DNA of 56,146 nt, the filler included, from Squatina squatina (Eukaryota), in NCBI GenBank assembly GCA_031763465.1. It is 3 parts of 3 records of this genome, joined end to end, with 100 filler letters (N's around TTAATTAATTAA, not from the genome) between each part and the next. Parts side by side here need not be neighbours in the genome. Positions count along the whole stretch, not along the records: positions 37,351 to 56,146 come from JARFOE010000004.1; 2 more parts are not named here. The stretch is one strand, 5' to 3'. This document shows, in pieces, positions 37,351 to 50,169 of this stretch. The position numbers and the translations under genes were made by a program. Numbering within the stretch: position 1 is the first letter of the stretch; the number at the start of each line of letters is the position of its first letter. The notes below the pieces were generated by a model that worked only from the letters and a program-made list of their open reading frames with translations, was not told the origin of the DNA and ran no database searches.

Positions 37351-38159
37351 TTGCCAGCGACACCCACATCCTGAGAATGAATCTTTATAAAGTTGACACA
37401 TTAGAGAATATTAAAACTCGTCCCACTGCCATAATTGTGGCACTGAGCATCCGGGATCAAGACAGGATGAGGCATTTTAAATACTACCAGCGGGCACTTG
37501 CACCAGTAAGTGTACAGACTTTGCCACCGCTGGGGATGGGCAAGGAAGATCACAGAGCTAGATGACCATATGGAAATCCATTGATCGGCTCATATCAAAA
37601 GCTGGTGCTCTGCAGTTAATCGGCCCACTTTGCAAGAGGGCAAGTATAAAAAAAAAATTTCAGAACTAAATTCTGGGATCTTCTAGGCCATAACTATGGC
37701 ACAGAGCCCTCAATGGGCATCTGTTCAAAAGACCTGAGCGCTGGTATCTTGTGTCCAGATTGTATGGTGTTCAGTAACCAGGAGCCTTAGGAATTCTGGG
37801 GAGGTGTGACGCATACTGCCAGGCCGGCCTTCTTCTGCTATCATGGGCCTTCTTTGGAATGGATGGAACTTTTGCCCACCCATGCCTTGGTGATTACATT
37901 GGTGATTCTTTGGGGGAATGGGCCAGAGACCAGGCTTTTCTGAGTCCTGCCCAATTCTCCATCCCCAAAAGCCTCTTCTGCTCCTTTCACCCCTGCATTG
38001 TGCCCTGAGGAAATTTGGGGCCACCATCTTTTTTTTGCATCCCTGCAGTTGTCTCTGCAGTAGCTAGGGAGAAACAAAAAATAAATATAGCTTCTGGTTA
38101 CTGCCTTAACACAGTGTTGTTTTCCTCCTGAAATGAATAGGAAGTAAGCCTGATAAGCT

Positions 38160-38310
38160 TCAGGCTGCACTGCCCCAATACTGCCCCAGATGCGAGGCGG
38201 ACAGCGCTTCGCCTCATTTCCGGGGCGGTACTTCTGGGTTGTGAAGTAAAAAAAAACGCAGCCCGGGAGAGTCATTGGCCCTGATCGGGGCGCTAGAGAA
38301 ATTCAAGCCC
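38160..38310. mobile_element. GC-rich MITE-like terminus
   Basis: Ends in AAATTCAAGCCC; related to 31055-31184. Confidence 0.5.
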
Positions 38311-38609
38311 AGAGAGTCTTGTCTTCCAGGCAAGGCTCCAATTAACAACTTTCTATGCACTTCTTGTGACAGATATCTCATTTATAATAGAATAAAGAGC
38401 AAAGCATAGAGCCATGCATTCAACAAAACTAATATTATAAACTGACAGGTAATTTGTTCTTTTTTAAACTAGAACCAGTATCTCTGATGGATTTATTAGT
38501 ACTGTTAATCCGTATGATGTACCAGCACCCAAATTCAACACATAGTGGAAATGGTTCGCAAACAGGTAATAACCAGCCACTGTAATATCTTCTTTACAAA
38601 AGGTCCGTA

Positions 38610-38870
38610 CAGACAAAAAGAAAAAGACTGCAACTGAAAATTAGGAATAAAAATAGAAAATGCTAGAAATCCACATGGGGTCCATCAATAACTAAAAAGC
38701 GAAGATATTTTAATGTTTTCGGTAACAGTTCCGACAAAGGGACTCTACATCAAAGTCAGGTTCATATGGATATCAATCCATTTGTGAGAAATTTGCAAGA
38801 AAATTAAAACCTATTTCTTCCCTTTTTAAATGCTGCTGGGCCTGCTGTGGTTTTCCATCAAATTTTGAAA
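38610..38870. mobile_element. Degenerate Penelope-like terminal repeats in inverted arrangement
   Basis: aaatagaaaatgctagaaatccaca on the left, aaatgctgctgggcctgctgtggttttccatca on the right. Confidence 0.5.
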
Positions 38871-39285
38871 AGTCTGCAGTTGAGCATTGCAAAATTCAAT
38901 ACATAACATATATTTTTCTCTTAGATTCCTATGCCCCTGCAAATCTTGTGATGGAAGTATTGCGCATGTTATGTGGCCGAAAGGAATGTGNNNNNNNNNN
39001 NNNNNNNNNNNNNNNNNNNNNNNNNNNNNNNNNNNNNNNNNNNNNNNNNNNNNNNNNNNNNNNNNNNNNNNNNNNNNNNNNNNNNNNNNNAGCAGCTTGT
39101 ATATTCCGTGATTGTATATAGACTCATTGAAAGATTAATTGGTGTAAGTGCGTATGTCTACAAAATATATAAAAATAAACTTATACACCTCGTCATTATT
39201 TTCTGTCATCTATAATTTTATACCAGTGTCCACTTCTATATTGTATTTACAACTGACGCAACATTCTGCCTTTTTTCTTTTAAAG

Positions 39286-39374
39286 GATGTAATTGATCGA
39301 CTGATAATTATGAATTCAAATGCCAAAATACACTCACTGTTCAACTATGAACATTCCCATATGTTTGGTGTTAG
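39286..39374 (+). CDS. TBC1D32: Protein broad-minded (TBC1D32 family) internal exon
   Basis: Polypyrimidine tract + AG, donor gtaagc. Translates [29 protein letters not shown](R) (human [30 protein letters not shown]); its phase 2 end fits the next exon. Confidence 0.93.
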
Positions 39375-39504
39375 GTAAGCTAGAATCCTGCTCCTTAAAG
39401 CTGGAACATTTGTTTTCAAATGCATGTTCTTGTTCAATTAAAATATTAGAAAATATTATACCTGGAATTTCTGAATGAAACAATTTGAAGCATGGCCTAA
39501 GACT

Positions 39505-39675
39505 TCAGGAGTCCCTAGTTGTTGTCCCTCTCTCCCTAACTTCAGATGGGCACTGAAACTAATTGTAGTGTCCCTACTACACCAGGAGAGATCAGCTAAC
39601 TCAGCACACACCAGGGACCGAGCCTCAGACACTTGCACATAATTCAGCTACTCACTGGATAAAGTGACTGAATAA
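39505..39675 (-). mobile_element. tRNA-derived SINE fragment
   Basis: Minus strand ccctggtgtgtgctgagttagctgatctc..gtagtagggacactacaatt..tcagtgccc. Confidence 0.6.
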
Positions 39676-40908
39676 TGGGGAGAACTGACTTGTAATTTTA
39701 ATTTCAATCAATTATGGACAGATTCATCTCTTGTAAGAAATAATGTTCACTTTTGTGAAGCAGGCATTTTATTTCAAATATTTATGACTTTCTGATTTAT
39801 GTAACCTTCAGTCTTGTTTCCTAGAGAACTATGTGAAACTGAAATTAGATTATGATACTTCCTTTGGATACATCACTGATCCCTGAAGTATAGAATCATC
39901 TCTTAACTTCAGACTGCCATGAATGTTAGAGATAAGGTTCTAACTTCATTTTAGGTAGTATTATTTAAGCTACCACCAGAACTGTCACTCTTATTTTTAT
40001 TCAATTTTGATCACTAAAAGTTAAAGTTTTGCATTATTATACATTATATGTCAACTGCTAGAATNNNNNNNNNNNNNNNNNNNNNNNNNNNNNNNNNNNN
40101 NNNNNNNNNNNNNNNNNNNNNNNNNNNNNNNNNNNNNNNNNNNNNNNNNNNNNNNNNNNNNNNNCAGTCTCCCTTTCTTATTGATTAAGGATCACTAAAT
40201 CTTGGCCCATATGGCGATCACAGAGGATAATGTAGTACATGGTAGACCCTTGTGACAGTCTTCTGCACCACTGAATGTAGTAACTGAGTGCCACCCAGGC
40301 TGAAGACAAACATGAGTATTTTAAAGGAGCCATTTTTCTTTTAAATAAAGAAGTCAAACCCTGCCAGGCTCAATTATCTTTATCTTGATATCCTCTGTAG
40401 CCTTACCAAGATTCTCAATAGAACTCTCACCGGCTCTCAAGGGCATAATGGATGTAATTCCCAGGTAGCCTTTAAAACTGGACAAAATCATCAATCCATT
40501 TTTGCTACATTGATCAACTTGATCACAAAATTAGACATCTGTTTGAAACCCAGTTACATAATAATGCCAATGAAAGTTTCTCATCTGATTTACTGTGGGG
40601 TAAATTATGCAATTTGGCATTCCTGGCATAGGACTTTGCACAATGGAAGCACATTTTGAGAATTTGGGTACAGGCGTCAGTTTTAATGGACAATCGTGGA
40701 GGCAACAAATTGGTAACGCTACCCTCCACTCATGATATGTGTTCCTACTTGGCAAAGCTCTATTTTGTTTGCACCATTTATTAACCTGATTTTCCCTCAT
40801 TTGTACAAAGATTTTACAAATTGAATGGAAAGTCATCTGTTTCAAGTATACCAAACGAGTAAACATTTGCTTTATTATTACTGATCACTCTCTATCTTTG
40901 TTTCATAG

Positions 40909-40983
40909 GCTACTGAGTGTTATGTGCTGCAATCTGGATACTCTTTTACTTTTAGAATCCCAATATAATGTATCAGAAATTCT
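40909..40983 (+). CDS. TBC1D32: TBC1D32 family exon, 3' end hidden in gap
   Basis: Acceptor tttcatag; translates (R)LLSVMCCNLDTLLLLESQYNVSEI. Confidence 0.93.
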
Positions 40984-41143
40984 NNNNNNNNNNNNNNNNN
41001 NNNNNNNNNNNNNNNNNNNNNNNNNNNNNNNNNNNNNNNNNNNNNNNNNNNNNNNNNNNNNNNNNNNNNNNNNNNNNNNNNNNNNNNNNNNNNNNNNNNN
41101 NNNNNNNNNNNNNNNNNNNNNNNNNNNNNNNNNNNNNNNNNNN

Positions 41144-41234
41144 TCTCTCTGTGGAGAGGAATCATATACTTGTCCGCATGAATCTGATTGGTGGACCATC
41201 AGAACGGGTTTTGCCTCCAAGAGTTTTGCAAAAG
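41144..41234 (+). CDS. TBC1D32: TBC1D32 family exon, 5' end hidden in gap
   Basis: [30 protein letters not shown] then donor gttgga (human [30 protein letters not shown]). Confidence 0.93.
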
Positions 41235-41319
41235 GTTGGAAAAATCTCCTTTTCTCCTACTTATTGTGTAGCTCGTTTCTTATTTCAAATGGAATAATGT
41301 GTGTGTTTTTATTGACCAC

Positions 41320-41810
41320 ACTGACTAACACATTGATTTCTTTGTCTCTCGCATCAATAGTATCTGTCACCTTCTCTTCTGTCTCTTCCGCCCTACCCAA
41401 CACTCTGCAGCTTCTCCCATGTCCAGTCCCCATAAGATTCATCTGCATGACGCACATATCCTCCACCCTCGAATTCTTCACTGACATCATAAATGGCTAC
41501 CTTTCCATAGACATTGCTCCCACCTACCCCACGAAGCTCATGTGATCACCCCTTCTTAAAAATCCTACCCTTGACTCCTCTCCGTCCTCTCCAACCAACT
41601 CTCAAATCTCCCTTTCCTTGAATTTGTCATTGCCACCCAGCTCAACAATGGTCAAGGTCATCAGGAGCATCCTTGTGACTACTACCATTGCATACTGTCT
41701 TCTTTGACTGCCTTGGCCTTCAATATGCTCTAAAACCTCAGCCTCCTCCATTGCTTTTCCAACAGCCATCCACTTCTGCGGTACTGCTTTCTCTTGTCTC
41801 AGTTCCTACC
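41320..41810 (+). mobile_element. Highly degenerate L2-clade LINE fragment
   Basis: C/T-rich segment with ctgacatcataaatggc, ccccttcttaaaaatcctacccttgac (PLLK.PTLD) and ctcaaatctccctttcc (SNLPF). Confidence 0.6.
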
Positions 41811-43959
41811 TGTTGTAATCAGCACAGATGCTGCACTAGTTTATTTTCCTGTGCCTGCCAAGATTCCATTCTTGGGAGGTGGGGAGCATTGGAACTTGGC
41901 TTATTTGGTCGACCGGCATACTGAATTACTGTACAGGGAAGAGGTAAAAGGGACAGCTTCCNNNNNNNNNNNNNNNNNNNNNNNNNNNNNNNNNNNNNNN
42001 NNNNNNNNNNNNNNNNNNNNNNNNNNNNNNNNNNNNNNNNNNNNNNNNNNNNNNNNNNNNNAGAAGTGCATCGCCATGAAAGCCACTGAACCTTTCTTGG
42101 AAAAACCCAACCTGTTAAATAATGTCTTTCAGGAAAGGGAACCTGTCACCACTATGGGTGATTCCATTTCCACGCTGTGACCCTTAGTGCCCTCCGAAGT
42201 GGCTTAGTTGTTTAAAATAAATGTTTCAAGAAGGCAGCCCAGTATGGGCAGTAAATGTGATTTTGGCTCCGTTGCCGCATCTCAAGAGATTGTTTTTTAA
42301 AGTAATGTTATCATTTTAGTGTTAAGAGTAGAATGTACATTAGGGAACTGTTGAATAAAGAAATATTCAGCTCACGAGCAGGCTGACACAGCCCACGCAC
42401 AACTTCATTACTCATGGATTACACAGTTAAGTCATGAATTTATTAACATCTTGCCTTATCGAGCAGTATTGTCGAATTAGTATTAGTAAGTGCCACATCG
42501 GGGAGATTATGAGCTACGAATTTCTGTTCACTGGGAATTTGATTAAAACTGTCCACTCTCATTTTACTTAGAATCTGTAACAACATCAGAGAGAGATGTT
42601 AAGAATTTGTTCAAACTGAGAAGGACAGTGTCACTAAAGTGGCCCTTCTCCCTGGCTTGTTAATAAATTTGCTAAAATATTTGCCAGGTAGATTTTATTT
42701 TCTCTCTAATCATTACTATTTATGGCATTATTTATTATAAACCTTGTTTAATATCCACTTTGTTAAATAAACAATTCAAAGGTATTTGAAGAATTAATTT
42801 TACTTTAAACATAACATTTTAGAAATTCTGTTGATATAATGCAACAGCTCAAGTCTTTGCTTACTAAGGGACCATTTTAGCTTTCTGAATGCACTTAAAG
42901 TGATGAATTTTCAGCGTGAGAAATTTGTAAAAGCAAATAATTAATGGTCAATAATGACAATTTACAATTATTTGAATTCGCTACATTTTTATTAAAAAAT
43001 TTACATTGTCATTGCAGTCTGGATTTTCAAAATACTAAGTAGTTTGAGCTGTGTGAAATTGATGATGAATGCACTGTGATCTATAATCTTTCTACAAAAG
43101 TTCTTTTTACTAGTTTATTTTTCTCAGCGAAACATAGCCTGATGATCTGCTAAGTCCTATTTTGTGGTAACACTCATCAGTATGCTCAAGATGTTGTATT
43201 TGCTAGAGTGTTTCCTTTGTATGCTACATGCTTGTATTAGCTGTCAACTTTATACAAAGGATGAGGATATTACTGTCATAGAGAAATATTAGTAATCCCG
43301 CTGAAATTACAGTAGGTTTTTTTCCCCTTAGGGCATCAACATCTTATGCATAGACATCAGTACAATCTAAGAATGGTGCCAGCATGGATAGCTGTGTTAG
43401 CTTTTGCAATGATGGAAATAGTAAAGGGATATCTATCATTCTGCATTTTTTTTCTAATTCAGTGGCATTACATTACAATATATTGTTGTATGGTTTTTAG
43501 GGATTACTTTACTATCCCTCCATGAGTTCTTGACCTTACATTTAACCGACTAGGTACAAACGTCTCAAATACTTTAAATTTCAAGCAAAAGAATCTTTTT
43601 ATTACTAAACACTAGACATTATAAACATAAATTAGGACATCAGATAGTTACTTATCATCCACTGAGACAAAGCCTGCTTGTTTTCTTGTAGTTGCTGTCT
43701 GTAGAACTACCTCTAGGACCCAGCGGTGGTGTTTACTGCATGCTCTCTTTCTCTGTAGTAACTGGTGTCTTGCAGCTGTTTACTTTTCTTGTAGCTTGTT
43801 AACTTTTCTCTCTCCTGCTCTTTTCTTCTTCTGTTTCTCTGTCCCTTCTGTGTCTGTTCTGCTTCTGTTCTGTTTCTGTGAAACCAGTTCAAAGGTCCGG
43901 ATTTTACAACAAGAAGTTGGTTTCAGTTTTGTTAAGTCACATGGACAAGTGTGGATTAA

Positions 43960-44502
43960 TTATGGAAAGCTAGCATGGATTTGTTAAAGGCAAATCATGT
44001 TTAACTAACTTGATTGAGTTTTTTGATGAGGTAACAGAGAGGTTTGATCAGGGCAATGTGGTTGACGTAGTGTATGTAGACTTCCAAAAGGCGTTTGACA
44101 AAATGTCACATAATAGGCTTGCCAGCAAAGTTGAAACACATAGAATAAGCGGGACAGTAACAGCATGGATACGAAATTTGCTAAGTAACAGGAAACAGAG
44201 AGTAGTGGTGAACGGCTGTTTCTCGGACTGGAGGAAGGTATACAGTGGTGTTCCCCAGAGGTCGGTACTAGGACCACTGCTTTTCTTGATCGTACAGTAA
44301 TGACGTGGACTTGGATGCACAGGACGCAGTTTCAAAATTTGCAGATGACACAAAACTTGGAAGTACAGTGAACAGTGAGGAGGATAGTGATAGACTTCAA
44401 GAGGGCATGGACAGGCTGATAGAATGGGCGAACACATGGTAGATGAAATTTAATGCAGAAAAGTGCGAAGTGATACATTTTGGTAGAAAAAAATGAGGAG
44501 AG
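43960..44502 (+). mobile_element. CR1 LINE reverse transcriptase fragment
   Basis: HGFVKGKSCLTNLIEFFDEVT..VDVVYVDFQKAFDK..RKQRVVVNG..SGVPQRSVLGPLLFLI..KFADDTKLG..MKFNAEKCEVIHFG, with a frameshift and a stop. Confidence 0.96.
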
Positions 44503-44614
44503 GCTGTTAGGTTTATTCATTTCCCAAATATTCAGTGTATATTTAAAGTTTATAATGTGTTTAAAAGATAAATTGAATTCTGTATTTTAAAGTAATATTT
44601 GATTCTCAGCCAAT

Positions 44615-44691
44615 GTCACATGGCCTAATTCTTGGAAGTCACCTGATCAATTCTTGGAAGTCACATGCCTCAATTCCTGGAAATCACATGA
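44615..44691. repeat. 22-23 bp tandem repeat, about 3.5 copies, runs into a gap
   Basis: aattcttggaagtcac(c/a)tg units at 44627, 44649 and 44672. Confidence 0.8.
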
Positions 44692-45728
44692 NNNNNNNNN
44701 NNNNNNNNNNNNNNNNNNNNNNNNNNNNNNNNNNNNNNNNNNNNNNNNNNNNNNNNNNNNNNNNNNNNNNNNNNNNNNNNNNNNNNNNNNNTTCAAATTC
44801 ACCTCTACATTAAATAAATGCCCAACAGCCAATCATGTGGGCTGTCACTTCTGTTGGTATATGCAAGAATTAATAAATTTTGTAATAATATTAGACAATT
44901 TGTGAACAGATTAGTGAATACATTGTGTGGATCACAGCCTACCTGCAAATTCACAGAAGGCAAACCTTTGCAAAAACTATTTAGACATGAAGTATGGAAT
45001 GTGGATAACCCAGTTACTAAAAGTATTGTCCTTTCACTGTTGGGACCTGTTCAGGCTGATGGAATCAAGTGTTTACTCTCTGCCACATGTAAGGATCCTG
45101 AATAAAATGAATTTACTGCAGTTCCTAGTAGCTGCAACAACATCATATGTAAGTGCTAAATTAGTGGTCTTAGCTAGACTACAACTTGAGTTAGTGTGGA
45201 CCTGGAAATAATTGAGGAATAGCCTTCTGATGTTGGGATTAAGGCTGTTAGGACCCTGGTTATTGAAATTATAAAGTGTTCCATACTTCACTACCGCCTT
45301 CTCACCTATTGATCACAAAAATTCACCTCTAAAATAAATTCTGTTGTGGTGAAGATTCATTTATTACAGTTAAGAACCTGTGTCACTAAAAGCAAAGTGA
45401 GTTTTCATTCACTATTGGGCTTTTGTTCATGAAGGCAAAATGACCTTTTTAAAAAGCAGCGGCTGCATGTTGCTTTGATATGGAAGCTTGATTGTATGTT
45501 CTTTGATCTATGAGGCAAGAAGTAAATACATAATGAAAAGAAAAGACTGGCTTCCATCCAAGAATGACAATTCAACCCCCTTTGCAATCTCCACAAATTC
45601 AGTTTCAGTAGGCCCAAATCAGTTTTCTTCAACTCTGACCAGGGTGGATAAACGTTAAAGTCCCAATGGCAAAAACTTCATTAATTCCTGTTTTTGATTC
45701 ATTCATTTTAATCTCAGTACAAAGTATT

Positions 45729-45911
45729 TGGGGAGAAAAATTCAGCTCTGGTTGCATCCTGTTACGCCTCTGAGGGGCGCCAAAGGGGCGAGACTGGACA
45801 TAATGGTGACGTGAGGTGGCCATCTCGCCTCCTGGGAAATTCCCCGGGGAGTCCCCAAGGCTTAAATACCTTTGCACCTCACCCGGGGAATTTCGCGATT
45901 TGATGACCTCG
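45729..45911. mobile_element. GC-rich non-autonomous DNA element terminus
   Basis: Starts GGGAGAAAAATTC; homologous to the reverse complement of 13870-13959. Confidence 0.65.
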
Positions 45912-46031
45912 NNNNNNNNNNNNNNNNNNNNNNNNNNNNNNNNNNNNNNNNNNNNNNNNNNNNNNNNNNNNNNNNNNNNNNNNNNNNNNNNNNNNNNNNN
46001 NNNNNNNNNNNTCCTTGACTGCAGCTTACAG

Positions 46032-46186
46032 GCTGTCTACAGGGAGGTTATGTTGGGCATGACTGGTTTGCATCCACTGCATTTTTGATAATGTCAGGAG
46101 ACGGAGAGAGAACTCTAAAATTTCTGCAACAATTTTCGAGTCTTCTCGTCTCAGCAATTCTCTGGCTTCCCCGCCTGCATGCTTCT
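46032..46186 (+). CDS. TBC1D32: TBC1D32 family internal exon
   Basis: Acceptor ttacag, donor gtatgt. Translates [51 protein letters not shown] (human [51 protein letters not shown]). Not present in the ORF track in this frame. Confidence 0.95.
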
Positions 46187-46393
46187 GTATGTTTTTCTGA
46201 TGGAAAATCTGGCATTAACTACTCCGTATATTTTATTACATTCCAGATGGCAAGCTTTTGAAGAGACTGGGGTAGATTCTCCTCCCCTACCCCCAAACCC
46301 CTGAGCAGACTTATTGGCAGCAGGCCAGTAGGAGGCCTGGTCTATTTTGAGGGCTGGGCTCATTGGCATTAAGCCACTGAGCTGCAGGACAGG

Positions 46394-46500
46394 GGTAGGG
46401 TAGTATAATGGTTATGTTAATCGACTTGTAATCCAGAGGTTTATAATGGTCATGCTCATCACTGCATTTGAGAATTTGAATTCAGTAAAAAAAAAGTGCT
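46394..46500 (+). mobile_element. tRNA-derived SINE 5' fragment
   Basis: ggtagtataatggttatgtta..gtaatccagagg..gaatttgaattcagt; same family as 35283-35530. Confidence 0.6.
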
Positions 46501-48830
46501 GATTTCCCTCCAGGACAGAGATGAGCTCCTCAGTAGCACTAGGAGCCCACCTTCACTATTAAAGTTAATCCGCATTGGAGTCAAAATGTAATCTGGACAC
46601 ACTTCCTCCAATGAGCCTGCTATGGAGGAAAATCCAACCTTTGCTATCAAGACATGAATAATGGCTGTTTGAATGAGATACTGCTGGTAGATGAGCGCCC
46701 ATATACCAACAACAAGTCATTGGGGTCATTTTTACTTTTGCCGTGTTTCAGACCAGCAATAGGCAGGATTGTCTGGCTGTCCATGGAAATCACTAATGAG
46801 AGGCCCGAGCTGTTTGGAGGGCCAATTCTTATTTGTTTAATGGTAGCGCACCGCCGGCGCTGAACCAGACGGTATTTCAGAATCTTACAGTTATCATTGG
46901 ACCTGATTTGCATGCAATGATGAGGACCCTGTTTGTTTTAAGTGGGAAAACAGGCTGCCTAAATCAAGGCCTGCTTGAAACTCGAAGTGGATGGGCATCG
47001 AGCAGGAAGTTGGCAGGAAGCTTTTGTTGAGATTGTCATCTTGTTCAAGCTGAAAATGGGTCTGTAGAGAGACAAAATTGGGGACTGTTATTTCATCAAT
47101 TTGGAAAAATTGAATCAATTGCCATTCATCTTTTTGTCTTGAGCTTATTATGTTGCTATAGCAGGCAGTGAAGGCATTGTCACCTCTGAAACAGCTCCCC
47201 TAATTACAATAGCAATAACACGTGAGGCATCAGATGGAACACTCATGATTAAATGCCAATGTGCACGGTAGGTGGAATAATATCAAATAACATCAAACAC
47301 TTCAGTGGTACCGTCTAAATAATATGTACTCAAAGTCTACCGGCTTATTTCAGCAATGATGAGCATGTAGGGCCTTCAAAGAGTGATAACATAATGACCC
47401 TGTTGCACTTGACATGCTGCATTAGGTAACATTAACTACTGCGGCATATCACAAGACCTCGAGTATCTCATTCCTGTAAGTGTTTGTGTATAGCTGCAGG
47501 ATTTAATAGTTAAGAGATGTATAGATAAGGAATAGAATTTGTTTTAAATCAAAATGATCATTTATGGCCTGGTAACTAATAATAGATCGTATGAGTGTCC
47601 AATCCAGCTGGCTGAGTTCAAATGCCAGGCTCAATTGACATTCAAACTTATGAGTGAGTTAAATTCCCAGTTCAGCCACAAGATGGACTACNNNNNNNNN
47701 NNNNNNNNNNNNNNNNNNNNNNNNNNNNNNNNNNNNNNNNNNNNNNNNNNNNNNNNNNNNNNNNNNNNNNNNNNNNNNNNNNNNNNNNNNNCAGGAGAGA
47801 GGAGTAGGATTCCAGTGATCTTCCGTCATTTTTATTTACTGACTAAAAAAGACTTCTGGCTGTCCATTAGTGATTTTCTCTTTATAAATAATATTACCTT
47901 GTAGTTTCCAGTACACCTGGGTGATCCTTTAGAAACTCTGGATTATTGTCTGCCAAAATAACACAATTCTTCCTGAAATATTTGCTTACTTACGTGAGCA
48001 CTACCACAAAGCTTCCTTTATTATGTTCAGACACAGGCATAGTTCTGCCTGGTATATGCCCAAGTTGAGTCATATCAGAATTTAGAAGAGCATCTGTAAC
48101 AGATGTTTAGATATAACAAGTTGGATAGGAGGAAAACAAAGTTTGGTCAGTACATGTGGTTGTGATCAGTATTTTAGGATGGTGGGGGGTTGCTTAGCTG
48201 AAGTAATTTAAAAATGTATTTTACTCCCTTTTCATCTACAAAGAAGGCCACACTGCCTACTCCGAGCAAGCCTACTTTTGAAGGCGAAACAGAAATCTCC
48301 CACAATGAGCTTCCCTCCAGTTTTTTCCTCCCTCCTTCTGCTCAGCTTGCACAGAGAACAACAGGAACTGGATGTGTGGGGAGATTTTTTTCTGAATATC
48401 AATTGTATTTGAGTGGTGGGGTAGTGAGCATAGTTGTTTCTTTGAAAGAGGTTGTGATAGAATGAATCCATTTTAGGACCATTGGTTTGTCTTTTTTTTA
48501 ATTGATGAAAGTGGGATACCAGTGCAGCAGGAAGACCCCATCATTTTTATAGCCTCATATATCCCAATGTTACTCCAAAATGAGACGTTATATGCAATTG
48601 ACTTCCAAACGCGTTTTGAATTTTAAGCTTGCTGAAAGATAGTTGTTTCTCTCTGGGGTCTCAAATATAAAATGGCTTGATTACATTACGATAGAACGAA
48701 GAATGTGAAAATTAATCAAGATGTGCTGTGGATAATGTATATGATAGGTTGTCCAGAAGAAGGACACCACTTGAATCTTTCTTCAAAGTTCACTCATGTT
48801 CTAATTTTGTTTTTGCTGTCACCTTGGCAG

Positions 48831-48971
48831 ATCCATCTTTCTGTGGAAAATGCAGAGTCCGGTATCCATCCTGTGTATTCTTGTACAACTTACTACATTG
48901 AGATGTTACTGAAGAGAGAATTGCCACTTGTCTTCTCAGCATTCCGCATGTCAGGGTTCACCCCTTCACAG
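48831..48971 (+). CDS. TBC1D32: TBC1D32 family exon (Rab-GAP TBC-like domain)
   Basis: AG/GT flanks, 141 nt, phase 0/0. Translates IHLSVENAESGIHPVYSCTTYYIEMLLKRELPLVFSAFRMSGFTPSQ. Confidence 0.96.
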
Positions 48972-49264
48972 GTGAAATGTTAATTTAAAGAAAATGTATG
49001 GGAAGAATTTCATAGCTACAACTGGAAGGTTAATCAATATAACTCTTTTTATGATAATTTTAATGACTTGTGGGNNNNNNNNNNNNNNNNNNNNNNNNNN
49101 NNNNNNNNNNNNNNNNNNNNNNNNNNNNNNNNNNNNNNNNNNNNNNNNNNNNNNNNNNNNNNNNNNNNNNNNNNCTATGAGATTTATTGACTGAACGTGG
49201 GATTGGTGTTTCAGTATAGCCAGTAGAAATATGCAAACACTTTGTTTTTCTTTATACCACACAG

Positions 49265-49453
49265 ATTTGTCAACACTGGCTGGCTCAATGCTTCTGGAAC
49301 TATTTAAACTGGACTGAGATTGGCCATTTCATTGCAATCTGTATTATCTTGGGCCCTGATTATCAGGTTTACATGTGTATAGCTTTGCTGAAACACTTAC
49401 AGCAAGAGATTCTTCACCACATGCAAACTCAGGATCTCCAGGTTTTTCTCAAG
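49265..49453 (+). CDS. TBC1D32: TBC1D32 family penultimate coding exon
   Basis: Acceptor cacag, donor gtaagt, 189 nt. Translates [63 protein letters not shown]. Confidence 0.96.
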
Positions 49454-50169
49454 GTAAGTACAGAAATGATATATTTGAAAAATGAAGCCTCCTTGGGCCT
49501 GCAAGTAATAAGCAAAACTAGACATTGCATATTAAGCAATGTTTGTGTTTTCAGATTATTTAAGATTTTCTGACAGGTTGATTGAATGCAATTGCTAAGA
49601 TAAAAATAATAAAATAACAAAGAATTGATGGCTGCAGTCAATTTAGATTGGTGGAGTTCTTTGTTGAAGATCAGTGAAGCACAAATGCTGTTGTCAGTAC
49701 AATTGGTTTCAGCTCAGTTTTCTGTGTTGATATTAATACAGTCGCTCCTCTGTATGACGTCATTTTACAAGCCAGCTAAAAACGTTATTGTTCTCAGTGT
49801 GAAGCTATTTAAAATTGAATCAAGACTGATGCAGTTGGTGGACTCAATCGGCTGAATAACCTGTTCTTAGTCCCATATTTTTTTAAGATTTTCTACTTGA
49901 ATAGCGTTTGCAGTGGCCATGGAGGAATACGCTATCTAAACCATCTTGCCCTTCCATCTAAATGAGAAGGCTTGGCAGTCGGGACATTGGCATGCGCTGC
50001 AAATGTTTATAATGGGCCAGATTTTGCGGTGGGTATGACGGTGTACTCTATACCGCCTTTGAAATACACNNNNNNNNNNNNNNNNNNNNNNNNNNNNNNN
50101 NNNNNNNNNNNNNNNNNNNNNNNNNNNNNNNNNNNNNNNNNNNNNNNNNNNNNNNNNNNNNNNNNNNNN

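Noticed and set aside
38500-38570. Possible exon VNPYDVPAPKFKHIVEMVRKQ ending in CAG|GTAATA
   Set aside because: It has no similarity I can recognise to TBC1D32 or any other protein, and the acceptor is weak.
45015-45085. LGPVQADGIK as the TBC1D32 LSSVQQLGIK exon
   Set aside because: The similarity is too short, there are no suitable splice sites, and the genuine exons here are far better conserved.
46560-47120. Cluster of overlapping short ORFs as a nested gene
   Set aside because: No recognisable domain in any frame; more likely an old repeat in a TBC1D32 intron.
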